DNA from: Gemmatimonadales bacterium
GTDB taxonomy: Bacteria > Gemmatimonadota > Gemmatimonadetes > Gemmatimonadales > GWC2-71-9
Assembly (NCBI GenBank): GCA_041615815.1
Contig: JBFJCP010000008.1
Span: 32,001 to 96,000, forward strand
Length of the DNA: 64,000 nt
Direction: 5' to 3'
Shown: one piece after another, positions 18,460-28,153 of the stretch
Numbering within the stretch: position 1 is the stretch's first letter
How the letters are laid out: the number at the start of each line of letters is the position of its first letter
Notes under the pieces: generated by a model
Told to the model about the DNA's origin: nothing
The model's database searches: none
Seen by the model: only the letters and a program-made list of their open reading frames with translations
Position numbers and translations under genes: made by a program

Positions 18460-19437
18460 ATGGCGCAACCGACCGATATCAAGACACTCCCCGTTGGCGC
18501 ACGCGTCGAGGACACGTTCCTGGTCGTCGATCTGCGGGACCGGACCATGGATACCGGAGACGTCTACACGATTCTGACCCTCGGCAACAGCACCGGAAGA
18601 ATTCCGACAGAGCCGTTTTGGCCCACTCGGCAAACAGAGATCGCCGGATTGCGAAAGGGCCACGTGGTTCAGGTCATCGGTGAGGTCGCGACGTTTCGAG
18701 ATCGCCGGCAGCTCAAGGTCGTGTCCCTGCGACCGCTCCCCACAGAGTCGGTCAATCTCATCACGCTGCTTCCGTCCATCGGGACCGTCGACCGTTACTG
18801 GGAGACCTTGGACCGATGGCGCAGGGAGATCCGCCGGTCCAGCATCCGGGCCGTTGTTGATCTGTTCTACGAAGACCATGAGTTCCGCGCCCGATACGAG
18901 CAGTGCCCCGCCGCCGTCTCAGGGCATCACGCCTCCATCGGCGGACTGCTCAAACACACCACGGAGGTGGCTGCGATCGCTCGCACCATCGCCCGCGCCT
19001 GCGGCGCCGATGAACAGCTCGTCCTCGCCGGCGTCTTGCTGCACGACATCGGCAAGATCGAGAGCTATACGTGGGACGGCATCTTCGACTTTACCGAGGC
19101 GGGTCGGCTGGTGGGACATGTAGTCCTCGGTGCGCTGCTACTCGAGCGCCGACTCGGCGAGCAGCACCCGCCCCTCTGTACCGACGACGAGCGCAAGCTG
19201 TTGCTGCACTTCGTGCTGTCCCATCACGGTAAGCTCGAATGGGGAAGCCCGATTCCGCCCATGACGCTCGAGGCGGAGGTCCTGCACTGGGCTGATAACG
19301 CGAGCGCCAAGACGGCGAGCGTGGCGGAGGCGCTGCAAGACGACGACAACTTCCCCGAGGGCCGTGTCTCGATGGCCATTCGGAGGCTGGATTGGCGACG
19401 TCTGTTTCGCAACGGCGTGCTCGACGCCCCCGATTAG
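18460..19437 (+). CDS. OB-fold/HD-domain 3'-5' exoribonuclease, YhaM-like
   Basis: PAA...HHA.IGGLLKHT.EV, LLHDIGK, GHVVLG, SHHGKLEWGSP, HWADN. Confidence 0.88.
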   Translation: MAQPTDIKTLPVGARVEDTFLVVDLRDRTMDTGDVYTILTLGNSTGRIPTEPFWPTRQTEIAGLRKGHVVQVIGEVATFRDRRQLKVVSLRPLPTESVNLITLLPSIGTVDRYWETLDRWRREIRRSSIRAVVDLFYEDHEFRARYEQCPAAVSGHHASIGGLLKHTTEVAAIARTIARACGADEQLVLAGVLLHDIGKIESYTWDGIFDFTEAGRLVGHVVLGALLLERRLGEQHPPLCTDDERKLLLHFVLSHHGKLEWGSPIPPMTLEAEVLHWADNASAKTASVAEALQDDDNFPEGRVSMAIRRLDWRRLFRNGVLDAPD

Positions 19438-19634
19438 TCGAGACGGCCGAGCGCACGTTCCGCTCGGTCCAGCACCCGCGCCAACATGTCTACCAGTGCC
19501 CGGTGCCGGGACGTACCGGGCACGGCGAACATGCACAGGAGACAGCGGGCACCGGCAAGGGCGAGTTCGAGCTCCCGGCGCGTGGCCTCCCGCCTGGCAG
19601 CAGAACCGGTAGGCATGCGTAACCAGGGCGTCAT
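19434..19634 (-). CDS. Possible small hypothetical protein (66 aa)
   Basis: Helical ORF with CLLC filling the gap between the YhaM-like gene and archease. Confidence 0.4.
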   Translation of the reverse strand: MTPWLRMPTGSAARREATRRELELALAGARCLLCMFAVPGTSRHRALVDMLARVLDRAERALGRLD

Positions 19635-19697
19635 GCTGCCACGGTAACCACCATCGGTCAGAACGCCCGGATCCTCCGGGCGCCCGAGGGAGCAAAA

Positions 19698-20111
19698 GTG
19701 TCGTACCGTCATCTCCCGCACACCGCAGACATCAAGATCGAGATCACGGCACCGAGCTTGGAACAGGTATTCCAGGACGCGACCGCGTTGTTGAGAGAGT
19801 TGACGGTGGGAAGTACCGGGGTGGAAGTCCGAGAACGGCGCGATGTCACCGTTCGGGGGGACACACCCGCAGAGCAATTGCTTCAGTTCTTGAAGGAGGG
19901 ACTCTACCTCTTCGCTGTCGACGGCTTCGTCCCGGCCGGATGGGTCAGCGATTCGATCACACCCACCGAAATACAGGGCGCTTTCGAGGGTGAATCGTTT
20001 GACCCGAATCGCCACGAAACGCAGCCCGAGGTCAAAGCCGTCACCCGCCACGACCTTGCACTCGATCGGACGCCGGACGGCTGGCTCGGTACCATCGTGT
20101 TCGATCTCTGA
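19698..20111 (+). CDS. Archease (RtcB activator)
   Basis: YRHLPHTADI...EVKAVTRH...FDL. Confidence 0.93.
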   Translation: MSYRHLPHTADIKIEITAPSLEQVFQDATALLRELTVGSTGVEVRERRDVTVRGDTPAEQLLQFLKEGLYLFAVDGFVPAGWVSDSITPTEIQGAFEGESFDPNRHETQPEVKAVTRHDLALDRTPDGWLGTIVFDL

Positions 20112-20172
20112 ATCCTTCTCGAGAGCGCCGACGAGTCCTCCAACGCTCGTGCAGCGACGTTAACTTTCATCC

Positions 20173-21618
20173 ATGAAGCTCAATGACGTCCGCGTCGAGC
20201 AAATCGATGAGTTCCGGTGGCGTGTACCGCAACACGGCGGCATGCGTACCTACGGCCTCATCTTCGCCGATGCCGCATTGATGCAAGACCTCGCGGGCGA
20301 TCAGTGCGTCCAACAAGTCATCAACGTTGCCCACCTTCCAGGCATCGTCGGGCCCTCGATCGCGATGCCGGATATCCATTGGGGATATGGTTTTCCCATT
20401 GGTGGCGTGGCCGCATTTGACGAGAAAGAAGGAGTCATTTCGCCCGGCGGTGTGGGATACGACATCAACTGTGGGGTGCGCCTGCTGCGTTCTCCCCTCT
20501 CCATGCACGATGTTCGTCCCCACCTCCGCAAGCTGGTGGACGAGCTGTACGAGGGAATTCCCTCCGGCGTGGGGTCATCTCGCGCGGACGTCCGGCTCAC
20601 CGATTCCGAGCTCGGCCACGTGCTCAGGCGGGGAGCGCGGTGGGCCGTGGAAGAAGGATTCGGCGTGCCGCGTGACCTCGAGTGTATGGAAGGCGGCGGC
20701 GCGTTGGACGGCAACCCGGACACCGTGAGCGCCCGAGCGAAGAAACGCGGCAAGAACCAGCTCGGCACGGTGGGTAGTGGTAACCACTTCGTGGAGGTCG
20801 GTTACGTCTCCGCCATCTATGACGATGTCGCCGCCACCCGGCTCGGCCTGTCCCTCAACACCGTCACGTTCTTCATTCACTCCGGCTCCCGCGGTCTCGG
20901 ATACCAGGTCTGCGACGACTACCTCGATCTCATGGTGCAAGCCTCACGCAAGTACGGTATCGAGCTCCCGGACAAACAACTCTGTTGCGCACCGCTCACG
21001 AGTCCCGAAGCCCGCGACTATCTCGGGGCCATGAATGCGGCAGCGAATTACGCCTTCGCCAACCGCCAACTCATGAGTCACTATGTCCGCCGGGCAGTCA
21101 CCGACGTGTTTTCCGGCGACGCCGCGGACCAGGTGGACCTCGTGTATGATGTGGCTCACAACATCGCCAAGTTCGAGACACACGAGGTGGCAGGACAGGG
21201 CCGCCGCCTCTGCGTGCACCGCAAGGGGGCCACCCGTGCCTTCCCACCTCGGCACCCGGAACTCGCCGCCCGATTCCAAGACATTGGACAGCCGGTGTTC
21301 ATCCCCGGCGACATGGGCCGGTACTCCTATGTGCTGGTTGGCACTCCCGGTGCCTACGACGAGACGTTTGGTTCGACGTGTCACGGCGCTGGGAGACGCA
21401 TGAGCCGTACACAAGCCAAGAAGGAGGCCCGTCCCCGCAACGTGCCGAAAGAACTCGCGGCCCGCGGAATCCTGATCCGAGCCGCCAGTCGACGCACGGT
21501 GGACGAAGAGATCCCCGAGGCCTACAAAGATGTTCGGCAGGTAGTGGACGTCGTGGACGGAGCGGGAATTGGTAAGAAGGTGGCGCAACTCAAACCGATG
21601 GGAGTGGTGAAAGGGTAG
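20173..21618 (+). CDS. rtcB: RtcB RNA ligase
   Basis: MPDIHWGYGFPIGGV, GYDINCG, GSGNHF, HSGSRG, HNIAK, HRKGAT, HGAGR. Confidence 0.97.
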   Translation: MKLNDVRVEQIDEFRWRVPQHGGMRTYGLIFADAALMQDLAGDQCVQQVINVAHLPGIVGPSIAMPDIHWGYGFPIGGVAAFDEKEGVISPGGVGYDINCGVRLLRSPLSMHDVRPHLRKLVDELYEGIPSGVGSSRADVRLTDSELGHVLRRGARWAVEEGFGVPRDLECMEGGGALDGNPDTVSARAKKRGKNQLGTVGSGNHFVEVGYVSAIYDDVAATRLGLSLNTVTFFIHSGSRGLGYQVCDDYLDLMVQASRKYGIELPDKQLCCAPLTSPEARDYLGAMNAAANYAFANRQLMSHYVRRAVTDVFSGDAADQVDLVYDVAHNIAKFETHEVAGQGRRLCVHRKGATRAFPPRHPELAARFQDIGQPVFIPGDMGRYSYVLVGTPGAYDETFGSTCHGAGRRMSRTQAKKEARPRNVPKELAARGILIRAASRRTVDEEIPEAYKDVRQVVDVVDGAGIGKKVAQLKPMGVVKG

Positions 21619-21699
21619 AAGCTGGGAAAGCGAGGAGGCTGGACGGAACTGGCGGCATCACCTTCACACCGTCCGTCCTACGATCGAGTACCATAAATG

Positions 21700-22120
21700 C
21701 ACAGACGGCCGGGCATCCAAACGGATCCCGGCCGTCTATCGCACTGGTTACCCGGAGCCAGGGGATTAACTCCCTCTGTTCTTCTTCCCGGTGCCGCCGC
21801 GGCTGTTTGCACCTTGCGGATAAGCATTCCGGGAGCTCCGGCTTCCATCCACCTGCGGCCTGGCCTGGCCGCGGGCTTCGCCAGTGCGGGCGCTGCGAGT
21901 CGGATCGGGTCGCGGACCGACCTCTCGCACTGCACACCGAGGCGCCGCGTCGGTGCGGGCGAGGCGCGCGACTGGCCTCGCCGACCCAAGCCAAGGTGAC
22001 CACCTGGATCATCGAACGCCTGAGCTCTTGAGTTCTCGGCGTTCTCCCCAGAATTCCCGCTTGGGTCCGCCACGCTGGGCGTGGCCAAGACTCGAAAGTC
22101 CCGACCCGTCCCCGTGTGGC
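21700..22120 (-). ncRNA. Candidate large structured non-coding RNA (~420 nt), family not recognised
   Basis: At least 12 nested complementary helices with UUCG and GCAA tetraloops; upstream promoter; terminal hairpin; no credible ORF. Confidence 0.6.
21703..21737. terminator. Strong hairpin between rtcB and the convergent ncRNA candidate
   Basis: AGACGGCCGGG...CCCGGCCGTCT 11-bp perfect stem; weak U tract on the minus strand. Confidence 0.6.
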
Positions 22121-22126
22121 GAGATC

Positions 22127-22154
22127 AATATAGGGGGTCCCTAAAACCGCGCAA
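22127..22154 (-). promoter_or_regulatory. Sigma70-type promoter for the ncRNA candidate
   Basis: TTGCGC-16 nt-TATATT on the minus strand. Confidence 0.5.
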
Positions 22155-22197
22155 GCGCCGATATTTCTTCGGCTTACGAGCTTTCGTGTGGGCCTGC

Positions 22198-22291
22198 TGT
22201 GGAAACGTAATATCCGACGAAACGGCTACTTGCCCGACTTATCCACGCGGTGTGGACGTGTGCAAAACCGGATTCCCCACACTCATCCACA
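22198..22291. promoter_or_regulatory. DnaA-box cluster
   Basis: TGTGGAAAC, TTATCCACG, TGTGCAAAA, TTCCCCACA, TCATCCACA (0-2 mismatches to TTWTNCACA) within 94 bp. Confidence 0.6.
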
Positions 22292-22293
22292 TC

Positions 22294-22914
22294 TCATTCC
22301 CGAGTCCCCACTTCCTCGTATACGTAGGCATCGCCGGTCACGGAGGGGGCGAACAACAGACCGCCACCACTAGTTGCGAACCAACCGCCCAGGAGGACGT
22401 GGGACACCTCGGGCGCCGGTGGCTGAAAAAGTGCCGCGAGCCAGCGCCGCACGTGCATGAGTTCCGGGGCGCGCCGCGACAACAGTGAGAGGACACTCCC
22501 AACGCCTTGCGTCGCACGGAGAAAATGTGCGATCGCGTGGACGCGCTGCGCGAACTCATAGGCCCTCACGCCGGGTTCGTCGTAGAGCAGCGTACCCTCG
22601 TACGGGTCCGCGGGCGGTGCGTCCACCCGGGGACCGAGATAGACGTAGACCCGACGTCCCTGGCTGCGCCGTTCCACGACCGCGGCCGCCGTCTCGCCGG
22701 ACAGACGAGCGGCGTGCAGCTGGTCCGTGTCGTTCAAAATCCCCACGGTCACGGTCCATTCGAGCGCCGCCAGAGCGTTGTACAGCGGACACCCCAATTC
22801 CTCGTCGTAGGCGATGAGTCGAGGGGCCTCGCCTGCACGTTGGAAGAAATGGCCCCAAGCGTCGGCACGATCGGGGGCCGTGTGGGTGGATCGGGAGATA
22901 GCGGGTACCGTCAT
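22294..22914 (-). CDS. Hypothetical protein
   Basis: 206-aa ORF with protein-like composition; no recognised motif. Confidence 0.7.
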   Translation of the reverse strand: MTVPAISRSTHTAPDRADAWGHFFQRAGEAPRLIAYDEELGCPLYNALAALEWTVTVGILNDTDQLHAARLSGETAAAVVERRSQGRRVYVYLGPRVDAPPADPYEGTLLYDEPGVRAYEFAQRVHAIAHFLRATQGVGSVLSLLSRRAPELMHVRRWLAALFQPPAPEVSHVLLGGWFATSGGGLLFAPSVTGDAYVYEEVGTRE

Positions 22915-23031
22915 ACCTCGCTCAAGATAACCGGACCCGGGAGGGGCGCCTAGGTGCGGAGCCTCTCGACGGTGCTGGGGTACGGGCAGATGGGGCTTGC
23001 GGGCCTCGCAAGGTGTGCGTCCTATTTAGTC

Positions 23032-23047
23032 AGGCACGGCGGTTGCT
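23032..23047 (+). promoter_or_regulatory. Sigma54-type promoter candidate
   Basis: AGGCACGGCGGTTGCT, close to TGGCACG-N4-TTGCW. Confidence 0.45.
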
Positions 23048-23065
23048 AGACCAACATGTGAGCTC

Positions 23066-23653
23066 ATGCGAAACCTCTTCTGTCTGCTGGTCGTCCTCGC
23101 GCTGATCCCACCGCTGCCCGACCAGGGCGGCGATCGGCTACACCGCCGGTGGGTAGGGACGCATACCGGTGGTTCCCTCCATCTCGATTTTTATGGGGAC
23201 AGCCTACTCGTCGTCAACGATCAATACGCCCTCAATTATCGCGCCACCCGCGACTCGATCGTCGCCACCGGCGATACGACGCTGGCGGTATCGTACTGGT
23301 TTGCGCTGGACCGCCTCCTGCTCCGGACCACAGGGGATGAGGTCATCACGATGTCCGAGCAGAGTGCGCTCGCTCGACCCCTCCAAGGACGCTGGCGTGG
23401 CTCCCCCACCGCCTGGACGGATCGAGAGGTGGATCTCGTCATGAGTCGTGGCGGAGGCGCGCGGTGGCGAGCGGTTCCCCGCGGGGGTTGGACACAGGGA
23501 GAGTGGGATCGCGCCACTCGCGTCATCACGTTCACCTGGCTACCGGACTCCACCCAGTGGATCGGACAATACGACCCCGTCGGCAACGCGATCCTCTTCG
23601 AGGATGCGCCGCCCGAAAACGGGATCCTGGTCCTCCGGCGGGTGTTTCGCTGA
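23066..23653 (+). CDS. Secreted hypothetical protein (two small beta-rich repeats)
   Basis: Signal peptide; two L..RW.G units. Confidence 0.7.
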   Translation: MRNLFCLLVVLALIPPLPDQGGDRLHRRWVGTHTGGSLHLDFYGDSLLVVNDQYALNYRATRDSIVATGDTTLAVSYWFALDRLLLRTTGDEVITMSEQSALARPLQGRWRGSPTAWTDREVDLVMSRGGGARWRAVPRGGWTQGEWDRATRVITFTWLPDSTQWIGQYDPVGNAILFEDAPPENGILVLRRVFR

Positions 23654-23719
23654 GCATCCATCCCCTTCCTCCCAACCGTTGGCCATGTGAGAAGGCGCAC
23701 CCACGGCCGGGGGCCCGCT

Positions 23720-24637
23720 TCAGATCACGACGACCGGTGTCACGACCTCGCGCTCGCGCGCGAAGACCCGTTCAGCAGCATCGAGCGCCTCCTGGACCTC
23801 GGGGGTTTCCGCATCGGGGTATTTGACGCTGGGCTCGATCTGCCCGCTGAGACGCCGTACCATTACCAACGCCCGCGTGACCTCGCAACGCGCTGGGTCG
23901 GGATCCGTGAATCCCGAGGTCAACAGGTCGCGGAAGAAGGGGAGCGTCCTGACATCCTCCAGCACGTAGAGCGATTCCAGAATCCTCGGACTCAGGAACG
24001 CGCGCAGGTGCAGATCGCGGCGAACCTCGTCGAACAAGGCAACCAGATACAGGGCCGCGTCCTGCTCGGGATAAAAGCGAGCTGCCTCGGCCGCCGCGCC
24101 GACGAACGCGTGGTGGGCGTCCGGCGTGAGATACCGAACAAAGAGAGGCCACTCTCGCCGACGATGCCGCTCCGCCAGCGCCAAGAACGCAAAATATCGG
24201 CGGGGAATCGGCGCCGCCCCATCGGCCACGACGGTTCGGAGTCCGGCGGGACCGAACCGCTGGGCGACCAACGCCGCCGCGGTGGCGTGCTGGAGTCGTT
24301 CGAGCTCGGGCAGCCGAAAGGTTCGGACTCGGAGGGCCGCGGACTCCCCACCCGTGGCCAAGGGGGGCAGCTGCCGTAGGAGACCGAGCAGAAGGGAGTC
24401 CACTTCCTCCAATGCGAACTCCCACACGCGAACATCCCGACGTCGGGGCGCGGCGAGCGCCTCCCAGCCCAAGCGTGTGACGTCCAGGTCGTCCCACCGG
24501 GTCTCGAGCACGGAGGGGGTTTGCGCCTCGGAAAGTCGACGCAACGCCTCGGCAAATCGGAAGAGGGCGTCAGGCACCGAAGGCAATGTAGATCGCGGGC
24601 GAATGGGTGGCGAGCCTCCGGTGCATATTGCATTCAC
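23720..24637 (-). CDS. Hypothetical alpha-helical (HEAT-like) protein; start uncertain
   Basis: Long ORF of amphipathic helices. Confidence 0.65.
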   Translation of the reverse strand: MNAICTGGSPPIRPRSTLPSVPDALFRFAEALRRLSEAQTPSVLETRWDDLDVTRLGWEALAAPRRRDVRVWEFALEEVDSLLLGLLRQLPPLATGGESAALRVRTFRLPELERLQHATAAALVAQRFGPAGLRTVVADGAAPIPRRYFAFLALAERHRRREWPLFVRYLTPDAHHAFVGAAAEAARFYPEQDAALYLVALFDEVRRDLHLRAFLSPRILESLYVLEDVRTLPFFRDLLTSGFTDPDPARCEVTRALVMVRRLSGQIEPSVKYPDAETPEVQEALDAAERVFAREREVVTPVVVI

Positions 24638-24686
24638 GCTTCAGCGACATTGATTTATCCTGCGGTTTCAACACCACTGATATCCT

Positions 24687-25850
24687 GTGCAATTCCGGGA
24701 CCGTCCGTTGCAGCGAGCTGAAGCCTTGCGAGTTTTCACACGGCGACCGCCCCTTCTTGTTCTCCTCATCGCGCTGATTGGGGCGTGCGCCTCGGGCACC
24801 GATCCTATCCTCCTCGGTCTCGCCGGGCCACTGAGCGAGACCCGGGGCGAATCCATGAGACTGGCGGCGGAGCTGGCAGTGCAGGAGATCAACGCCCAGG
24901 GTGGCGTACGGGGCCGGCCGCTCCGGCTGGTGGCTCGCGACGACAGTGCGATGGCGGAGGTCGCGGTTCGGGTGGCCGAAGAGCTCGCCGAGACCCCAGG
25001 ACTGGTGGCCGTGATCGGGCATCTCACCAGTACCGCCACGCTCGCGGCAGCCCCCATCTACAACCGCAGTCGCAACCCCGTGCTGGAGATCTCGCCGTCG
25101 GCGTCGAGTCCCGCTGTCACCGACGCGGGGGCGTTTACGTTTCGGGTCTGTCCCGACGATGGCGTCCACGGCGCGCGTCTCGCCGTGTGGGCCTCCGACC
25201 GAGCGCGCAGCGTCGGCGTCATATACCAGAACGACGATTACGGCCGGGGGATTCGCACCACCTTCGTGCAAAGCTTCACCGCCCTTGGAGGCATCGTCCG
25301 TTCTCAAGACCCCTACGTGGATGACGTAGCGGAGTTCGAGCCCTTTCTGCGGCGGGCCCGCGGCTTGGGTGGGGTGGACGCCGTGCTCATTGCCGGGACC
25401 CGGTTCGGGGCCGAAGGGGTCCTCGCAACCTTGGATTCGTTGGGAATGTCCCCGGTCGTGTTTGGCGGAGACGGACTCGTGGGACTCGAGCAGTCCACGA
25501 GCGTGAATTCGGAGGGCACGTACGTGTCCACGGCCTACCTACCGGACCGGTCAGGCGGGCGCAATGCCACTTTCGTGGCGTCGTATCGACGGGCCTACGG
25601 TGACCGGACACCCGATCACCGTGGCGCTGGCGCGTATGACATCGTCCATCTGCTCGCTCGGGCCATCGAAGCCGTAGGGCCGGATCGAATGGCGCTTCGG
25701 GCCTATCTCGCGGGGGTGGGCTCCACCACGCCGCCGTTCCGCGGTGTGACCGGCAGCATCGCCTTCGATGCCAACGGCGATGTCCCGGACAAGGAGGTCG
25801 TCATCGGGGTGATTCAGGATGGCCGCCTGGTGACGATGACCGATCAATGA
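24687..25850 (+). CDS. LivJ/LivK-type periplasmic ligand-binding lipoprotein
   Basis: LIGAC lipobox, [49 protein letters not shown]. Confidence 0.88.
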   Translation: MQFRDRPLQRAEALRVFTRRPPLLVLLIALIGACASGTDPILLGLAGPLSETRGESMRLAAELAVQEINAQGGVRGRPLRLVARDDSAMAEVAVRVAEELAETPGLVAVIGHLTSTATLAAAPIYNRSRNPVLEISPSASSPAVTDAGAFTFRVCPDDGVHGARLAVWASDRARSVGVIYQNDDYGRGIRTTFVQSFTALGGIVRSQDPYVDDVAEFEPFLRRARGLGGVDAVLIAGTRFGAEGVLATLDSLGMSPVVFGGDGLVGLEQSTSVNSEGTYVSTAYLPDRSGGRNATFVASYRRAYGDRTPDHRGAGAYDIVHLLARAIEAVGPDRMALRAYLAGVGSTTPPFRGVTGSIAFDANGDVPDKEVVIGVIQDGRLVTMTDQ

Positions 25851-27550
25851 GCATGTGGCGACAGCTGAACACGGTTACCGCACGCATCGCGCTCGCGCAG
25901 GGCCTCCTGCTCGTCGGGTTGCTCGTGGTGGCGCTCATCGGCGTCGCGGCCCTCAAGACGGTGAGCGAGAGTGTGTCCGCCGAGCTGCAGGATCTCGCCG
26001 AGATGTCAGAAGTCAGCAACGGGCTGGTGGTTGCCCTCTTCGACGAGATCCGGGCGGCCGAGCAATACCTCACGGACCGCTCGCCCAATGCGCAGGAGTC
26101 ATACCGGACGTCGGGCGAGACCGCGTACGAATTCCAGCGACGGCTCCGCTCACTCCAGGGGCTGAGCGAGGTGGACCGTTTGATGGTCAACCGCATTGCC
26201 TCTTTGCAGTCGCTGGTGGAGGTGTGGTACTCCCTGGCGCACGCCCAGCTGGACCTCAATCGGCGGCCCGAGGGTCTCGCCGCGGCAGCGGGAGCTCGCG
26301 ACCCGGCGGGAGAGCTCATGCGCCTGGTGCGAGACTTCGCCACTGTCCAGCGGGCACGGACCGAGAACACGGCCCGGAACCTCCAAGCCGCCGCCGATGA
26401 CCGTCGCCTGCTGGTTTGGACCGTCCTGGCGGTTTCGGTGCTGCTCGCTGTGGGCGTGGGCATCGCGACGCTCCGCTCGGTGCAGCAGCCGCTCCTCCGA
26501 CTCGAGGCAGCCGCAACACGCTTCGGCGACGGCGACCTGAGACCGTTCGACCTCGGAAACGTACCGGGCGAGCTCCAGGCCTTGTCTCACGCGATTGGCC
26601 AAATCGGCGCGAGACTTCGATCGCTCATAGCCGAAGTCGTCGCGGAGGGAGAACGGATCGCCGGCACCGCTGCAGATCTCTCGACCATCAGTGAGGAGCT
26701 TGCTGCCACCTCCGGACAGGTGTCCACGGCGATGGTAGACATGTCGCATGCGGCGGAGCGACAGGTCACAGGACTCGAGCAAACGACGGTCGCGGTGGAG
26801 CAGCTCCGGGCCGCGGCGTTCGAGAATCAGGAAATAGGCCAACAGGTGGTCCACCTGGGCGGCGATATCAGGCGGTTGGCGGAACGCTACCGCCGAGACG
26901 TGGGTGGCGCGGCTACTGCCCTGCTCGACTTGGGAAAGGTCGTCAATACCAGCGCCACGCAAGTGGGACACCTGGACCGACTGTCCGTTGCCGTCGATGA
27001 TTTCGTGGACCTCATCAAGCGGATCTCGTCGCAGACGAATCTGCTCGCGCTCAACGCCGCCATCGAGGCGGCGCGGGCGGGCGAGCATGGGCTCGGCTTT
27101 GCCGTCGTCGCCGACGAGGTCCGGCAGCTCGCCGATTCGAGCTCCACGGCCGCGGAGGAGATCAGCGGCACCCTCGAAACGGTACGTGGTAAAGTGAGCG
27201 AGGTCTCGGCAACGATGGCGGCGGGCAGTAGCAGCGTGGAGGGCGTCGAGAGCGTTGCACAGGGCGCCGCAAAGGCGCTCGAGACCATCGTCACCGCCGT
27301 CAGGCGGATCGAGGATGCCGCCCACGGTGTGGAACGGGCGGCCCGCCAAAACCTCGAAGCCGCCGAGAGGATTCAGGGTGTCCTGGCCGGGGTGTCAGAA
27401 ACGGCGCAGGGCTACGCGTCGTCCAGTCAGCAGGTGTCCGCGGCAGCCCAGCAGCAGGGCGCGTCAACGCAGGAAATGGCGGCACAAGCAGCACAGCTCA
27501 ACGAGGCCGCGGCGCGACTCCGTACGTTGGTGAAAGGCTTCCGGGTGTAG
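25847..27550 (+). CDS. Methyl-accepting chemotaxis protein (TM-4HB-TM-HAMP-signalling)
   Basis: [33 protein letters not shown]. Confidence 0.95.
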   Translation: MSMWRQLNTVTARIALAQGLLLVGLLVVALIGVAALKTVSESVSAELQDLAEMSEVSNGLVVALFDEIRAAEQYLTDRSPNAQESYRTSGETAYEFQRRLRSLQGLSEVDRLMVNRIASLQSLVEVWYSLAHAQLDLNRRPEGLAAAAGARDPAGELMRLVRDFATVQRARTENTARNLQAAADDRRLLVWTVLAVSVLLAVGVGIATLRSVQQPLLRLEAAATRFGDGDLRPFDLGNVPGELQALSHAIGQIGARLRSLIAEVVAEGERIAGTAADLSTISEELAATSGQVSTAMVDMSHAAERQVTGLEQTTVAVEQLRAAAFENQEIGQQVVHLGGDIRRLAERYRRDVGGAATALLDLGKVVNTSATQVGHLDRLSVAVDDFVDLIKRISSQTNLLALNAAIEAARAGEHGLGFAVVADEVRQLADSSSTAAEEISGTLETVRGKVSEVSATMAAGSSSVEGVESVAQGAAKALETIVTAVRRIEDAAHGVERAARQNLEAAERIQGVLAGVSETAQGYASSSQQVSAAAQQQGASTQEMAAQAAQLNEAAARLRTLVKGFRV

Positions 27551-27557
27551 AGAAGCC

Positions 27558-28022
27558 CTAGCGGCGCTTCCGGGCCGTGGTCCGGGCGGTTGAGGCCGCT
27601 CGCTTCTTTCCCTTCTTCTTCGCGGTCTTCTTGGCGGACCGCTTCGCGGACTTTTTGGCAGTCTTCTTGGCAGTCTTCTTGGCAGGCTTCTTGGCAGGCT
27701 TCTTGGCGGTGCCCTTCTTTGCGCTCTTCTTCGCGGCCTTCGGCGTAGTCTTGGAGCGCGTCTTGGCGGTGCCGCGACGTCGCCCTCGGCCAGTCGCCAT
27801 CACCTCCCGGAGGACTTCATCGCCTTCATCGGCCCCGATGAGACCACGTCGGACCGCATACTGGATCAGTTCCTCGGCGTCGTCCTGGGTGAATTCGCCG
27901 ACTCCGGCTCCCGCCCGGATCATGTTGACCAGGGCATCGGCCACGGGACTCCGTAGCACGCTGGCGATCCCCGGAACCGACTCCAGGAGTGCTGAGATTT
28001 GCGAGCCGCCCAACTCCGCCAT
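27558..28022 (-). CDS. Protein with a histone H1-like Lys/Ala-rich tail
   Basis: AKKP/AKKT/AKKS repeats after a ~75-aa globular N-terminus. Confidence 0.8.
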   Translation of the reverse strand: MAELGGSQISALLESVPGIASVLRSPVADALVNMIRAGAGVGEFTQDDAEELIQYAVRRGLIGADEGDEVLREVMATGRGRRRGTAKTRSKTTPKAAKKSAKKGTAKKPAKKPAKKTAKKTAKKSAKRSAKKTAKKKGKKRAASTARTTARKRR

Positions 28023-28055
28023 GGGTATCCTTGCGATTCTGCGGTAACGGGCGGC

Positions 28056-28084
28056 AAGCTAGCCAGTGCGCGGACCAACGTCAA
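28056..28084 (-). promoter_or_regulatory. Sigma70-type promoter for the H1-like gene
   Basis: TTGACG-17 nt-TAGCTT. Confidence 0.5.
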
Positions 28085-28153
28085 GCGGGCCCCCTGGCCC
28101 GGCCGAGCGTAGTCAAGCTATTGTATTGCTTGGGCTTAGGGACTTCTGAAGTG

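Noticed and set aside
21700..22180. RNase P RNA, tmRNA or SRP RNA as the identity of the structured region
   Set aside because: GAAAGTCC and CGGCTTA are only ~70 nt apart (too short for RNase P); no T-arm/acceptor end or tag ORF for tmRNA; no CAGG..GNRA..AGCAG SRP helix
21590..22488. ORFs predicted across the rtcB downstream gap
   Set aside because: No RBS, low-complexity composition and no motifs; better explained by a structured RNA and promoter DNA
27640..27775. DNA tandem repeat or mobile element
   Set aside because: The 12-bp periodicity is the coding AKKx repeat of the H1-like tail
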